Shown: positions 1 through 13,570, counted from the stretch's first letter. The stretch: 64,000 nucleotides of DNA from Chiloscyllium plagiosum (GCF_004010195.1 NC_057718.1:1502881-1566880), one strand, 5' to 3'. Program-made: numbers and translations. Notes: a model not told the origin generated them from the letters alone.

Positions 1-1172
1 CCACACCGGGTGCAGTGGATGCAGTAGGTGACATTGATAGAGGTACAGGAAAATTTCTGATGGATGTGGAAGGATCCCTTGGAGCCTTGGATAGAGGTGA
101 GGGGAGTGGTGTGGGCTCACATTTTGCACTTCCTGTGGTGGCAAGGAAAGGTGCCGGGGGTTGGGGGGGGAGGTAGTAGGGTCTGGGCCGGAGGGTGTGG
201 ACCTGACAAGGGAGTCGCGGAGGGAATGGTCTTTCCAGAACACTGATCAGGGTGGGGACGGAAATGTGTCTTTGTGGTGGGGTCCGTTCGGAAATGGCGG
301 AAGTAACGGAGGATGATGCGAAGTGTGCGGAGGATGGTGGAGTGGAAGGTGAGGATGACAGGGGTTCTGTTCTTGTTGCGTTGGGAGGAGTGGGATTCAA
401 GGCGGTGGTGCGTGAAGTGGAGGAAATGCACTGGAGGGCTTCATCAACTAAGTGGGAAAGGAAGTTGCGATCATGGAAGAAGGAGGCCATCTGGGTCTTT
501 CTGAGGTGGAATTGGTCATCCTGAGAACAGATGCAGCTGAGGTGGAGGATTTGGGAATAAGAGATGGTGTTTTTACAGGAGGTAGGGTGGGAGGAGGTGT
601 AATCTAGGGAGCTGTGGGAGTCGGTTGGCTTGTGATAGATGTCGGTCGCCGGAGAAGGTGATGGAAAGGTCCAGGAAGGGGAGGGAGGTGTCCGAGATGA
701 TCCGGGTGAATTTGAGGTTGGGGTGGAAGGTGTTGGTAAAGTTGATGAACTGTTCAACCTCCTCGTGGGAGCACGAACTGGCGTCGATGTAACTACAGAA
801 GATGGACTGTTCCACGTATCTGACAAACAGGCAGGCATAGCTCCCCATGGCTACCCTTTTGGTTTGGCGAAAGTGGGAGGATTGGAAAGAAAAGTTGTTG
901 GAGGTGAGGGCCAGTTCAGCCAGGTGGATGAGGGTGTCGATGGAAATGTACTGGTTGGGATCGCGTGAGAGGAAGAGATGGAGGGCTTGGAGACCTTGTG
1001 GCAGATCGATGTGCACAGGGACTGGATGGTGAAGATGAGTCATTGGGGTCCGGGGAAACAAAAATCTTGGAGGAGGTGAAGGGCGTGGGTGGTGTCATGA
1101 AGGTAGGTAGGACTAAGGGGGACAGGACGGTGTCGAGGTAGGAAGGGATGAGTTCAGTTTGAACTGATATTG
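1..1172 (-). mobile_element. Penelope-like element (PLE), frameshifted RT and start of GIY-YIG linker; 3' end outside window
   Basis: Minus-strand ORF pieces YLDTVLSPLV, QTKRVAMG, FINFTNTFHPNLKFT, SLPFLDLSI and GTFPCHHRKCK; same family as 53215-54255. Confidence 0.85.
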
Positions 1173-4100
1173 TCAACTTGGTGTTACGAAAACAGAAATT
1201 GCCTTTGCTGTGTCTGACAGGGGTACTTGCCAGTCACCTATGAGCAAGTACAACTTAGAAATGTGAGTTGCTTGTCCTACCTTTTCGACACGGTCCTCTA
1301 CCCATGGGATTGGATATGCTTCAGTCTTTGTAACATCATTGTCTTTGCAATAGTCCACACATAACCACTGGGTACCATCTGGCTTTGGCACCATGACTAT
1401 GGGTAAGCTTCAGTTACTGTAACTCACTTCAATTGTGCCATTTTGGAGCAGGCACTCTATCTCCTTCTGAAACTTTAGAGGGTTATGCCTATGAGGATGT
1501 TGCTTAATCGGAACACCATCTCCTATCTCTACATCATGCACAATTATGTTAGTACTTCCCAGTTTGTTTCTGCATATCTCCCCATGTGATAGTAATATCT
1601 CTTTCAGGTCATTTCGATTTTCATGTGGAAGGTAGCTCAATAATTTATCCCAATTTTTGACAACTTCCTCATTGTCCAATTTGATTTGAGGAATGTCCAA
1701 TTCAGAATCCTCTGAACTTGGTTCTTACTTCTGTGCTGTAATCATTAACATCATCTTTTCTTGCTTTCCTTCCCTATCAAAATACCTTTTGAACAAATTC
1801 ACATGACACACTTTGTGAAATTTCTTCCTTCCTGGAGTCCTGAAGAAGTAGTTCACCTCACTCAATGTCTTCTTAATTTGATAAGGTCCACTAAACTTTG
1901 CTTTTAAAGGCTCACCTGTCACTGGAAGTAACACCAACACCTCATCCCCAATTGCAAAATTATGAATTTGTGATTTTTTATCAGCTTCTTGTTTCATTGT
2001 ATGCTGTGATACTTTTAAATGCTGCCTAGCCAACCCTCCAGCTCTATTTAATTGTTCTCTAAAACTTGACACATAGTCCACATAGATTGTCTGTGAATTC
2101 TGACTTATTAATTTCTCTTCAATCAATTTTAACGGTCCTCTTACTTTATGCCCAAATGTTAATTCAAATGGACGGAATTTGGTTGATTCATTCAGTGTAT
2201 TGCTGATTGCAGACAGTACAAACAGACCTCCCTTATCCCAATCATCTGGATAATCCTGATCATAAGCCCTCAACATGGTCTTTAGTGTTTGATGCCATCT
2301 CTCTAGCACTCCCTATGATTTTGGATGGTACACAGTGGAGTTGAATTGCTTAATTCCCAAGTTATCCATAGTCTTGAATAGTTTGGATGTGAATCTTGAT
2401 CTGACTGGATCTTTATTGGCAGTCCGTATCTAGTAAAGCAATTTAAGTAATTCTTCTACAACCCTTTTAGGTGTGATGTTACCTAATGGGATTGCCTCTG
2501 GAAATCTAGTCGAAACATCTATTAATGTTAATAAATACTTATTCCCACTTTTTGTTTGAGGTAGGGATCAATCAGGACTCTTGTAAAACGTTCCTCAAAT
2601 GCTGGAATAGGTAATAAAAGTGCAGGTTTTATTGCTGCCTTTGGTTTTCTGATTAGCTGACATGTATGACAATTGGTAGCTCATACACCACTTGCAGCAC
2701 CTCCTTTGTATACCATACAGGCAAAACAATTTGATGAATCTCTGCCCGTTTCACATCTACTTGAATGTGCAGTGGTCTCCATGTTCTTATTATGACATCA
2801 TTTGTTAAGTAATAACACACATGGATGGATTCACTTTCCTTCTCTGTAAATGCCTTTTGATATAACTGTTTAACTCCTCATTTCTCTGCTGTAATTCATT
2901 CATCTTACTAGAGGTAAAGGTACTTGCTTGTTTACCTATTTGCTCCTTCTGTGTTCCACTTCCCTAATCAAAGAAAGTTTCGGATAACCCTATGTCAGCT
3001 TCCTTATCTGTGATCTCTCCTGCTTCAGCTTGTGCCTCTGTGATCTTGTGATCACACAATCTGGGAAAGTATCTGGAAAATCTTTCTCCAGGTCTTCAGT
3101 TGCCAGCGTCTCGACTGGCTTTTCAACTAGAGTAGGCAGCACGCCTACCGGTGAATCATCTGTATCATTTTCAAGGACAAATTGTATTCCTGGAGCTGAG
3201 AGTTTGTCCAGTACGTCTACCTCAAAATTTTCACTCTTCTCTGGACTCTCTAGCCTCATTTTACTTGATTGAACACTTTTTGTTTCACCATGAATTCCTG
3301 TTACCAGTACCTTTTCTGGCAAGAGTCTCTCAGGAATACATATCTCCTCATCCTTCAGCATTACAGACTGAGAGGATCTTGTGTCCCTTAATATTGTAAC
3401 CTCCTTACCTACTGCTTCTGGCCTATGTGCATAAACTTTACCCTTGCATGTATATTTCTTAAGCAGATCTGGCACTTCCCCCTTAATCAACCTCTGATCA
3501 TCTTGTACACTCTGAGGCAGTTGTCTAACTTCCCTTGTGCTTTTTGTTACTAGTCCAATAGAACTTCCAGGCTTGTTGGTTTTCCTACAGCTGGCTTTCT
3601 CCTAGCCCACCAACACTGTGATTTCGTGTGGCTCACTTTATTACAATGAAAACATTGGAGCTTTTAACTTCTTTGCCCCCTCAAGGGTTTCTTTTTTACC
3701 TAGTAGTAAGTTATCCTTATGATCTACACTGAGATCTACCTTTCCCTTTCCATGTGAAGATTTCCCTTTGCCCCAGTTTCTATCCCTCACGGACTGATAT
3801 TGATTCTGGAAGCCAAACCATGTTTTGTGGACCAGCTCATAATCATCAGCCACTTCAGCTGCTAACCTTAACTCTCTGCTCTTCCACATGAGTTCACAAT
3901 ACTTTCTCACTAAGGTTTCCTTCAGCCTTTATCTCCAGCCTTTTAAGCTGACTTTCCTTTTTAAGTGTCAATTTTTGAAGTTCAAACACTCTCTTTTTCT
4001 TTCTGTGCTCTCCTTTTCCCTCTCTTTTGTGGGCGGCATGGTGGCACAGTGGTTAGCACTGCTGCCTCACAGCGCCAGAGACCCGGGTTCAATTCCCGCC

Positions 4101-4781
4101 TCAGGCGACTCACTGTGTGGAGTTTGCACATTCTCCCCGTGTCTGCGTGGGTTTCCTCCGGGTGCTCCGGTTTCCTCCCACAGTCCAAAGATGTGCAGCT
4201 CAGGTGAATTGGCCATGCTAAATTGCCCGTAGTGTTAGGTAGGGGAATGGGTGGGTTATGCTTCGGTGGGTCGGTGTGGACTTGTTGGGCCGAAGGGCCT
4301 GTTTCCAAACTGTAATATAATCTAATCTCTTCTGCTGCTCTCTCTTTTTCTTTCTGTTCTGCTCTCTTTTTCCCTCTCTTTTGCTTTGAATCGTAACTTA
4401 AACAGTTTCATTTCTGCTGCCCTTTCTTTATCTCTCGCCTTTAACTCAGGCTGCTTCATTTGCAATTGAATTCTTGCCACCTCTATAGATTCTGATGGTT
4501 TCTCCAGCAAGTTTAAATGCTGAGCTACTGCTGTACTTATCTCTGCTTTCCTCACAGAAGCAGGCAAGTCCAATTCCAGTTGGTCTGCTCATTCCTGCAG
4601 CTTGTTCTTATTCACCTTTTGCAAAACTTCCGAAGTCACCGCATCCACTTCTGGAAAACATTTGACGACTGAAAGAGCCATTCCTATTCCAAACTTTGTC
4701 TACCCAACCAAACCAACACCCGAAATAAAGACACTAACATCTACTACCTGATGTTTAAAATCCTGCAAAGAGTCCCCAATC
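1173..4781 (-). mobile_element. Gmr1-type Gypsy internal region: gag-protease-integrase-RT, degenerate
   Basis: gag ATG near 4682 (MALSVVK...), protease-like ILRDTRSSQS (3490-2990), integrase LERWHQTLKTML and FSGPYQI (2309-1725), RT PIKQHPHR and VPKPDGTQWLCVDY (1700-1173). Confidence 0.9.
4029..4328 (+). mobile_element. HE1-type tRNA-derived SINE inserted in Gypsy gag
   Basis: A-box GGTGGCACAGTGG, B-box GGGTTCAATTCCC, CR1-like tail CCGAAGGGCCTGTTTCC and (AATCT)n end. Confidence 0.9.
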
Positions 4782-5395
4782 TGTTATGGACTAGGCCAGA
4801 CCACTCAAAACATTCTTGAGCAGGCAACCCAGACCATAACTTTGCAATTTGTTTCAGTCAGTGTACAGTCAGAATTACCCAGAGTAAACAAGCTAGGTTG
4901 ACTACCAGGTTTTAAAACAGACAATTATTTATTCACAAAATTACACAATGAAACACCAAGAACAGAATAAAGAACCCCTACAGAACTCAGTCTAAACTAG
5001 ACTTAATTATGCTGTTCTGAATATACACAACAGCCCCAGTAAGCAAACCCCCTTAAAACACAGTTTAAAAAATGGAACAGATGCTTACAGGTTGAAGTTA
5101 GAAGGGCAGAAAGAGAGAGAGAGAGTTTCTACACAGCTCACTGTTGAACTCCTAACGAGTTCTGGACTGAACTGCTCTGCTCAGCTAGCGAGCTGACCAC
5201 TCTCCTTTCATTCTACAGATCACTTCTAAAACATGACCTGAAGTTTCCTCTGTTTATATATAAACAAAAAGGCCTCTCAATGCCCTTTAATCTCTGTTCC
5301 AAACCAGTCTAATCGGCATCTGGAGATGCTTACGACTCCTCTGGAAAAAAAAACAAGAACACAGCATCCTTGAGAAAAGGAACAGCTTTGTGACA
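4782..5395 (-). mobile_element. 5' LTR of the Gmr1-type element
   Basis: TGTTAT...GTGACA termini; on the minus strand it is followed by TGGGGACTCTTTGCAGGAT, resembling a tRNA-Pro PBS (TGGGGGCTCGTCCGGGAT). Confidence 0.75.
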
Positions 5396-5619
5396 AAAGT
5401 ACCTACGTATAAATCTTAGAGAAATAAAGTTACATTACCTGACAGTATTCATAGTATAAGTTAGAAAAATAAGAAATTAAGTTTTTAAAAAATTACAGCC
5501 ATTCTGTAAAGGGCCTGCAGTAGATCAGTGCAGGAGGCTTCTGCACATAGTCTGAGCGGGCTCACAAGCTGCTGACTGCCTGCACCTGTCCCCAGTCCAA
5601 CAACTGTCCCTGCTCCAGG

Positions 5620-5805
5620 CACGCTGCCTGTCCTTGCTCTATTCAGGCCTCCAGCCCGTTGGCCATCCTGCTCTGCTCCATGCCTCTAGCCAGCTGGTTA
5701 CACTGATCTGCTCAATACCTCCAGCCCGCTGGTTACACTGATCTGCTCAATACCTCCAGCCCACTGGCCATCCTGCTCTGCTCCATGCCTCCAGCCCACT
5801 CCACT
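5620..5805. repeat. Degenerate ~35 bp minisatellite
   Basis: Unit CACTGATCTGCTCAATACCTCCAGCCCGCTGGTTA and variants CATCCTGCTCTGCTCCATGCCTCCAGCCC. Confidence 0.75.
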
Positions 5806-6319
5806 CCGGCCCTCAGCTGCTCTGATTAAGGAGACGACCTCTGTTCTAGTCTCTTGTGAAAGGCAGATGGTTTGGTTATGAGTAATCTTAGTAGATGGCT
5901 CAGGCACAAACTTGATAGGGTGAAATTGATTGTGAGAGATTCTCCTAGATTGGTTTAACATTTTTCAATTCAAAAATGGCTGACTGAATGAAGTGCTAAT
6001 TAAATAACTGGACGTTTTCCAGAAATTATTAGGGACTATCAGAGGAGCTAAAGCAACTTTGCATTTTGACCAGGGAGCAATTCTGGAAGGCTCGTCCAGG
6101 CCATTTGCATTATAGGCAAAAGTAGAAGCAGAACTCAGAAGGCTGGAAAGTGAAATCAAATCAGTCAATTTCATGGAATGGGCAGCATTGGTCATACCAG
6201 TTTTGAAGCCCTGTGGAGATTTTAAACAAACAGTAAACTGTTTTTCACTGTTAGATAAATACCCAGTCCTATGAATAAAGGATTTGCTCTTAAAGCTGCA
6301 GGAAGGTTGTCTTTCACGC

Positions 6320-6457
6320 AGGTTAAAAATCACACAACACCAGGTTATTGCCCAACAGGTTTATTTGGAAGTACTAGCTTTCAGACCATTGCTCCTTCAC
6401 CACCTGGTGATTTTTAACTTTGTTACACCAGTCCAACATCGGCTCATCCACATCATG
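6320..6457. mobile_element. Partially palindromic PLE terminus (family B) with degenerate hammerhead core
   Basis: GTTAAAAATCAC...GTGATTTTTAAC inverted ends; minus strand reads TGGTGAAGGAGCAATGGTCTGAAAGCTAG. Confidence 0.65.
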
Positions 6458-6764
6458 TTCACAAAGCTTGACATGAGCCATGCTTACTTGCAATTGCTTT
6501 TAGACCAGGATTCTCAGAAGTAAGCTTCAATTAATGAGGACTTGTACCAGTATACGATACTGCCATTCGGTGTATTGTCAGCCTGTTGAATTTTTCAGCA
6601 GACCATGCAGAACCTATATCGTCATCATTACCTCGCTGACTTCCTGATAACAGAGAAAACTAATAACGAATACTTAGCGAAGTTGGATATAAGCCTAAGA
6701 TGTTTTTCCAAAGCAGCTGAACACCTAAGAAGCGAAAGTGTGTGTTCCAGTCCCCCTAAGTGAT

Positions 6765-6901
6765 GTAAATAAAAACTGAAAGAACTGGGGATGCTGGAAA
6801 TCAGAAGCAAAAACAGAAATTACTGTAAAAGCTCAGCATGTATGGCAGCACCTGTGGAGAGAAATCAAAGTTAACATTTCAGGGCCTGTAACAATTTTTT
6901 G
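6765..6901 (-). mobile_element. Short PLE-type 3' terminus
   Basis: GATGCTGGAAATC tail motif; imperfect CCCC(T/C)AAGTGAT duplication on both sides. Confidence 0.55.
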
Positions 6902-7266
6902 CCCCCAAGTGATATACTTGGGCTATAAAGTTGAAAGACTGGGTTACACATGCTGGTAAACTGAAGGTGATCAAAGGTGCCCTGACTCCCACGTCTAACC
7001 AGGAGCTTAAGTCATTTACAGAAAGTTCATACACAATCTGGCAGCCACCCTGGCACCATTAGATCAACTCCTAAGAAAGAGTCAGCCTTGAAAATCATCT
7101 CATAGGCCCCAGCCTTCGATGAAATAAAAAAACAACTATCATCCTTAATGTGTTGGCACACTACAATCCCAAGAAAGATGTGTTACTGATTTGCGATGCC
7201 TCCCTATATGGCATTGGAGTGGAATTAGCTCATGACTGGCCCACTGAATAATGCCCAATAGCTTAT

Positions 7267-7975
7267 AGTTACAACACTGGGCAAATCCTCCTGCTCAGTA
7301 TTAACCAGTAACACAGAAAAGATTTATCCTGTGAAGTAATCTGTGAAAGTTCAAGAGGCCAAGAACTATTTAAAGTAAAAATTAACAACTTTATTTCTTA
7401 AAGTATCACAGAGAATGACTAGCTAACAATTACTTATAACTCCTTCCTCTAACCTATCTTTTACCTTCCCCCTTCTACAATACTAGTCCAATAAAACCCC
7501 CCGATTAAGATTTGCTGAAATTCAAATTTCAAAACCAGCCAACTGTTGAATCTTATCTTTGCAGATTTGCTCTCCAGGTTGGTGTCAATGTTTTTCTCTG
7601 TACACACTCCTTCTCTCGATAGGTACCTCTTAGACAGTTCTCACTAGCAATCAACATCTGTAGGTCTGGTGGCAGTTCTCCTCCCAACTGTTCAATTTTC
7701 CCTGTTCTTACACCCTGAAAGCATCAGATTGTGTCATTGGGTTTTAAGATTGTCAATATACTAAATTCAAACTTGATTGAAATTTGGTATTTTTGGGGGG
7801 TATACTTTAAACTGATTGGCCTAATTCAAATCTGTTTTTGTCTCCAGACAATCAGCTACACTAATTGCTGGACCACATGCTACATTGTATCTTTTTGAGA
7901 ACACTTGGTGCTGTCAGGTAGTTCTGCTAGCTTTTAACTTTCTTAAAGGTACTGTACACCCATGCCTTCATGACA
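7267..7975. mobile_element. Solo LTR with 4-bp TSD
   Basis: (A)GTTAC...ATGACA termini, TTAT on both sides; removal restores CCA ATA GCT TAT GCA TTC AGG; sequence resembles LTR 11608-12344. Confidence 0.85.
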
Positions 7976-8094
7976 TTATGCATTCAGGACTTTGGCTAAT
8001 GCACAGCATAAATACGCCCAAATAGAAAAAGGAGGATTGGTGGTCATATTTGGAGTCAGAAAGTTCCAAACAATCAAACTTTTGATGCATCGTT

Positions 8095-9700
8095 CCTAAG
8101 ATATGGGGCCCAAAACTGCGCACAATACTCCAAATGTGGTCTGACCAGAGCCTTGTAGAATCTCAGAAGTACATGCCTGTTTATTTGCCTTCCTAACTAC
8201 TGACTCAACCTTTAGGTTTATGGAAGGTAGAACAGGACAGCACAGTACAGGCCCTGTGACCCACAATGTTGTGCCGAGCATTTATATTAATCTAAGATCA
8301 ACCTAACCTACGCACCCCTCAATTTACTGCCATCCATGTCCTATCGAGCAGGTGCTTAAGTATCCCTAATGTCTGACTCTACTACTTTACTCAGAGAGTC
8401 GTTGGGTGTGGAATGCGCTGCCTGCAACAGTAGTAGACTCGCCAACTTCCAGGGCATTTCAATTGTCATTAGATAGTCATATGGACGAAAATGGAATTGT
8501 GTAGGTTAGATGGGCTTTAGCTTGGTTTCACAAGTTGGTGCCCATCGAGGGCTGAAGGGCCTGTACTGCATTATAATGTTCTGTGTTCTACCACTGCTGG
8601 CAGTCCCTTCCATGCACCCATCACTCTCTGCGTTAAGACCTACTTCTGACATCTCCCCTATACCTTACTCCAATCACCTTAAAATTATGACCCCTCATGA
8701 CAGCCCTTTCTGCCCTGGGGAAAAGTCTCAGGCCATCTATTCTATCTATGCCTCTCATTACCTTGTAACCTCTATCAAGTCACCTCTCTTTCTTCCTTCT
8801 TTCCAGTGTGAAAAGCCCCAGCTCACTCAACCTCTCTTCATAAGACAATCCCTCCACTCCATGCGGCAACCTGGTAAATCTCCTCTGCACCCTCTCTAAA
8901 GCATCTACATCCTTCCTATAACGAGGCGACCAGAACTGGACACAATATTCCAAGTGTGGACTAACCAGGTTTTTATAGACCTGCAGCAAAACCCACTGCT
9001 AATGAAAGCTAAAACATTATGATAGCATTCTTAACTTCCCTTAACGAAGTTGGATGGCAATTTTGAAGGATCAATGTACGTGGACCCCAAGATCCGGTTG
9101 TTCCTCCACATTGCCAAGAATCTTCTCTTTAACCCTGTATTCAGCATTCAAATTCAACCCTCCAAAATGAATCACTTTGCATTTATCCAGGTTGAACTCC
9201 ATCTGCCACTTCTCAGCCCAGTTTTGCATCCTGTCATTGTCTTATTATAGCCGGAAGCAGCCCTCAACACTATCTTCAATACTACCAACTATTGTGTCAT
9301 TGGAAGAAAATACTAACCCACTCTTCCACATCTTCATCCAAGTAATTTATAAAAACTACAAAGAGCAGAGGCCCGACAAGGGCCCTTTGGCCCATCATTT
9401 ATCTTAATGTGGGACACCACTGGTCACCGACCTCCAAACAGAGAACTTTGTATCCAGTACCACTTGTTGTCTTCTTTTGGCCAGTCAATTCTGTATCCAG
9501 ACAGCCAAATTTCCCTCTATCACATTCCTCTTAACTTTCTGAATAAGCTTACCATGGGGAACCTTATCAAATCCCTTACTGCCTTTATGTTGTGAGAATC
9601 CTGGACTAGAACTCCCAAGTCTCTTTGCACTTCAGACTTCTGAATTTTCTCTTCATTTAGAAAATAGTCCATGTCTGTCGTCTTCCTACCAAACAGCATG
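8095..9700 (-). mobile_element. Nested CR1 LINE fragments (mostly minus, with a plus 3' piece near 8385-8590)
   Basis: LVSPHLEYCVQFWSPRYRKDVDALERVQRRFT; RT region. Confidence 0.8.
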
Positions 9701-9779
9701 CTACTGTCGTCAAAGCCTACGCTTTTGTGAATAAAGGGTGATTGGTGATGTGGTTTGAAGAATTATTTCTGCAGGAGGG

Positions 9780-11550
9780 GATGAGAATCAGGGTAAGCTA
9801 GCCGGTAATATAAAAGAGGATTGCAAGAATTTTTTTAGACATTTAAAAGATGAAAGAGATGTGAGTAGACATTGGTTCACTGGGAAGTGAGGCTGGAGAA
9901 ATAGTAATGGGGAACAAAGATATATTGGAGAGATTGAATAGGTACTTTGCATCAGTCTTCATGATTGAAGACATCAACAGCAAACCAGACCTTCAAGCAA
10001 GTTAAGGGGCAGATGTGAGTGTCATGGCTATCACTAAGACGAAGGTGTTGGGAAGCTGAAGGTAGAATGGACAACATCACAGAGTTCTTAAGGAGATAGC
10101 TGAGGAGATTGTGGAGGGGTGGGTGGTGATCTTACAGGAATGGAAACAGCTAATGTGCCACTTAAGAAGGGAGGAAGGCAGAAGACAGGAAGCTATAGAC
10201 CAGTTAGCCTGACCTTGTTCATTGATAAGATTTTCAAGTCTTTTTTTAAGATTGAGATTGTGGAATACTTGGAAGTGCATGTTAAAATTGGGCTGAATTA
10301 GCACGGCTTCATCAAGGAGAAGCCACGTCTGACAAGTCTGTTAGAATATTTTGAGGAGGTAATGAACAAGTTGAAGGAGAGCTAGTGGATGTGATCTGTT
10401 TGGATTTCCAGAAGGACTTTGACAAGGTGCTGTACATGAAGCTACTAAATAAGATAAGAGCCCATGGCATTAAGGATGAGGTGCAGGCATGGATAGAGGA
10501 TTGGCTGACTGACAGAAAACAGAGAGTGGGGTTAAAGGGGTTTATTTCAGGATGGCAGCCGTTGACTAGTGGAGTTCCTCGGGGATCAATGTTGAGACCA
10601 GTATTCATTAACAATCTGGACAAAGGAACTGAGGACATTGTTGGATAGGGTGCACAAAGATAGGTGGAGGGACAGGTAGTGTTGAGGAACTGGGAGGCTG
10701 CAGAAAGTTGTGGACAGGATAGGAGAGTGGACAAAGAAATGATAGAATGTGGGGAAGTATGAAGTTTACATTTTGGTGGGAAAAATCGAGGCATAGGCTA
10801 TATTTTTTAAGTAGAGAAGAGTGTTTGGAAAGTGAAGCTCAGAGGGTTTTAGGAATCCCAGTTCAGGATTCTTTTCAGACTAACATGCAGGTTCAGCTGG
10901 CAGTTAGGAAGGCAAATGTTGTGTTAGCATTCATTTTGAGAGGACTAGAATATAAATCTTCTCAAAACTCACGAGAATAAAAAGGCAGAGTGTACTGCTA
11001 AGGCTGTATAAGTTCTGGTCAGACCGCATTTGTAATATTGTAAACAGTTTTGGCACTGTATCTAAGGAAGTATGTGCTGGTATTAGGGTGCAGAGGAAGG
11101 TGCTGAAGGGCTTGTCGTGTGAGGAGCAGTTGAGGACACTCAGTCTGTACTGAGTAGAGTTGAAAAGGATGAGGAAGGATCTTATTGAAACTTACAGAAT
11201 ACTGAGAGGCCTGGACAGAGTGGACATGGAGAAAGTTTCACTCATAGGAGAGACTAGGACCTGAGGGCACAGCCTCATAGTGAAGGGACAACCTTTTAGA
11301 ACTGAGAAGAAGAAGAATTTCTTCAGCCAGAAAGTGGTGTATCTGAGGCACTCATTGCTGCAGAAGGCTGTGGTTACCACAGCATTGAGTGTATTTAAGA
11401 CAGATGGCTCCATACTTGATTAGTGAGGGGATAAAGAGTTATAAGGAAAAGACCGGAGAATGAGGTGGAGAAACATGTTCAGCCATGATCAATTGGCGGA
11501 GCAGGCTCGATGGGCTGAATGACCGAATTCTGCACCGATATTTTATAGTC
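9780..11550 (+). mobile_element. Degenerate CR1 LINE ORF2 and 3' UTR
   Basis: SYRPVSLT, DVICLDFQKDFDKV, WIEDWLTDRKQRV, SGVPRGS. Confidence 0.85.
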
Positions 11551-11607
11551 CTGTGGGTCTATCCAACAGGGAGAATTTCCATACTTAGATCATTTTAAAA
11601 AATATTG

Positions 11608-12344
11608 TGTTATGACATGGCAATGAATCCTTCTGTTAACTAAACCAAACTGGCAGAAAAGTTCACCTTGCCTTGTAATCTGTTAAAATGTGAATGACAG
11701 CAAACTCCCAAATTCCACTATTGAAAAAAATCAATTTATTCTTTAAAAGGGTACATTAAACAAGTATTCACAACTCCGCCCTCCCTTCACTTAACTGCTT
11801 ATTATCTGCCTCTAACTCTATAACAATATACTGTTGCAATAAAACATTTATTAAAATAACATCAGCTTAATTTCAAAGCCACACAGCGGCTGTCATCTTT
11901 GGTGTTTTTCTTCCTTCAGCTGAAGATCTCCCTGGGTTGTCATCTTTCTTTTACTGCGAATATGTTTCATATGAAAAGGTACCTTTGATACAGAGTGTTT
12001 CAAATGGCAGTTGCTCTGTCTGACTTTCAAACTGCTTGCCTTTTTTTTAATACCCCCAACATCGGATCGTCTGATTGGTTCGATGTTTGCAAAACATTAA
12101 ATTCAAACTTGATTGGGTTTTAGTATCCTGGGGCATAATTTAAACTGATTGGTTAAATTTGAATTGTTGTCAGAACAGCAACCAACACAGGCTTCTATTT
12201 CACAGCCAAATGTAACATATTTTAAATTTTCCAGTACACTCTAAGACTGCTAACTAATCATATGACAGGTGTTTGTAAGCTATTAGTACAAAACAGCATT
12301 CATTCTCGCTTAAAGATACAGTACACACCTTTAGCTTCATAACA
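11608..12344 (-). mobile_element. 3' LTR of second Gmr1-type Gypsy element
   Basis: Perfect TGTTATGA...TCATAACA termini; polypurine tract AAGAGGGGAGG directly adjacent on the minus strand; ATTG on the left flank. Confidence 0.85.
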
Positions 12345-12377
12345 CCTCCCCTCTTAAGAAAGAAAATGAACGACCAT

Positions 12378-13102
12378 ACTTTTTGTCATTTACATAAATG
12401 ATTTGGATGCGAGCATAAGAGGTACAGTTAGTAAGTTTGCAGATGACACCAAAATTGGAGGTGTAGTGGACAGCGAAGAGGGTTACCTCAGATTACAACA
12501 GGATCTTGACCAGATGGGCCAATGGGCTGAGAAGTGGCAGATGGAGTTTAATTCAAATNNNNNNNNNNNNNNNNNNNNNNNNNNNNNNNNNNNNNNNNNN
12601 NNNNNNNNNNNNNNNNNNNNNNNNNNNNNNNNNNNNNNNNNNNNNNNNNNNNNNNNNNNNNNNNNNNNNNNNNNNNNNNNNNNNNNNNNNNNNNNNNNNN
12701 NNNNNNNNNNNNNNNNNNNNNNNNNNNNNNNNNNNNNNNNNNNNNNNNNNNNNNNNNNNNNNNNNNNNNNNNNNNNNNNNNNNNNNNNNNNNNNNNNNNN
12801 NNNNNNNNNNNNNNNNNNNNNNNNNNNNNNNNNNNNNNNNNNNNNNNNNNNNNNNNNNNNNNNNNNNNNNNNNNNNNNNNNNNNNNNNNNNNNNNNNNNN
12901 NNNNNNNNNNNNNNNNNNTGGTGGAGACTGGTACAATTGCAACATTTAAGAGGCATTTGGATGGGTCTATGTATAGGAAGGGTTTGGAGGGATATGGGCC
13001 GGGTGCTGGCAGGTGGGACTAGATTGGGTTGGGATATCTGGTCGGCATGGACGGGTTGGACCGAAGGGTCTGTTTCCATGCTGTACATCTCTATGACTCT
13101 AT
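12378..13102 (+). mobile_element. Young 5'-truncated CR1 (HER1-like) LINE containing N gap 12559-12918
   Basis: SKFADDTKIGG...WAEKWQMEFN; 3' end CTGTACATCTCTATGACTCTAT. Confidence 0.9.
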
Positions 13103-13270
13103 AGTGAAAAGATGGCTTCTTTTTTTCCTTAATTCCTAATCCCATTACAAAGAAATATGCTGGTCATTAATCTAAATTCATATTAATTTCTGCACATATC
13201 CCCCTGCCACGTGTGCGCACACATGCACACAGATATATATATATATATTATATATATATGTACATATATG

Positions 13271-13429
13271 CAGAGGGACTTCAGTTATCCGAGTATCATA
13301 CTTTCCAGCAAGATCGCAAGGTCCCGATGCTTGGCTAAACTATGTTATCCCGCATTTGATTATCCAGAATTCAATTAACGGAATGAAATACTCCCTGCCT
13401 GTGTCCTTAAGGTAATCACAATTCCTCTA
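13271..13429. mobile_element. Tigger/pogo-like MITE within (TA)n tracts
   Basis: Imperfect TIRs CAGAGGGACTTCAGTTATCC / GGTAATCACAATTCCTCT, TA-rich flanks. Confidence 0.55.
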
Positions 13430-13570
13430 TATATATAACATTGGAACCTGTTCAAGCTTATCGATACTTTATCCTTTAAATTCACAATACCGTATCTGCT
13501 ATTACATTTTTACAACCCGCAATAAATACAATTTGTAAATTAGAAGTCTGTAGACTCCAACAAATAATCT

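Larger units (their letters stand above)
5900..8072 (+). mobile_element. Degenerate Gypsy (K02A2.6-like) RT-RNase H, interrupted by three insertions
   Basis: KVEAELRRLE, CGDFKQTVN, FTKLDMSHAYLQL, LPFGVLSA, LICDASLYGIG, PIAY/AFRTL, YAQIEK...IFGVRKF. Confidence 0.8.

Noticed and set aside
4029..4105. tRNA gene
   Set aside because: A and B boxes are present but run into a SINE body repeated many times in the window.
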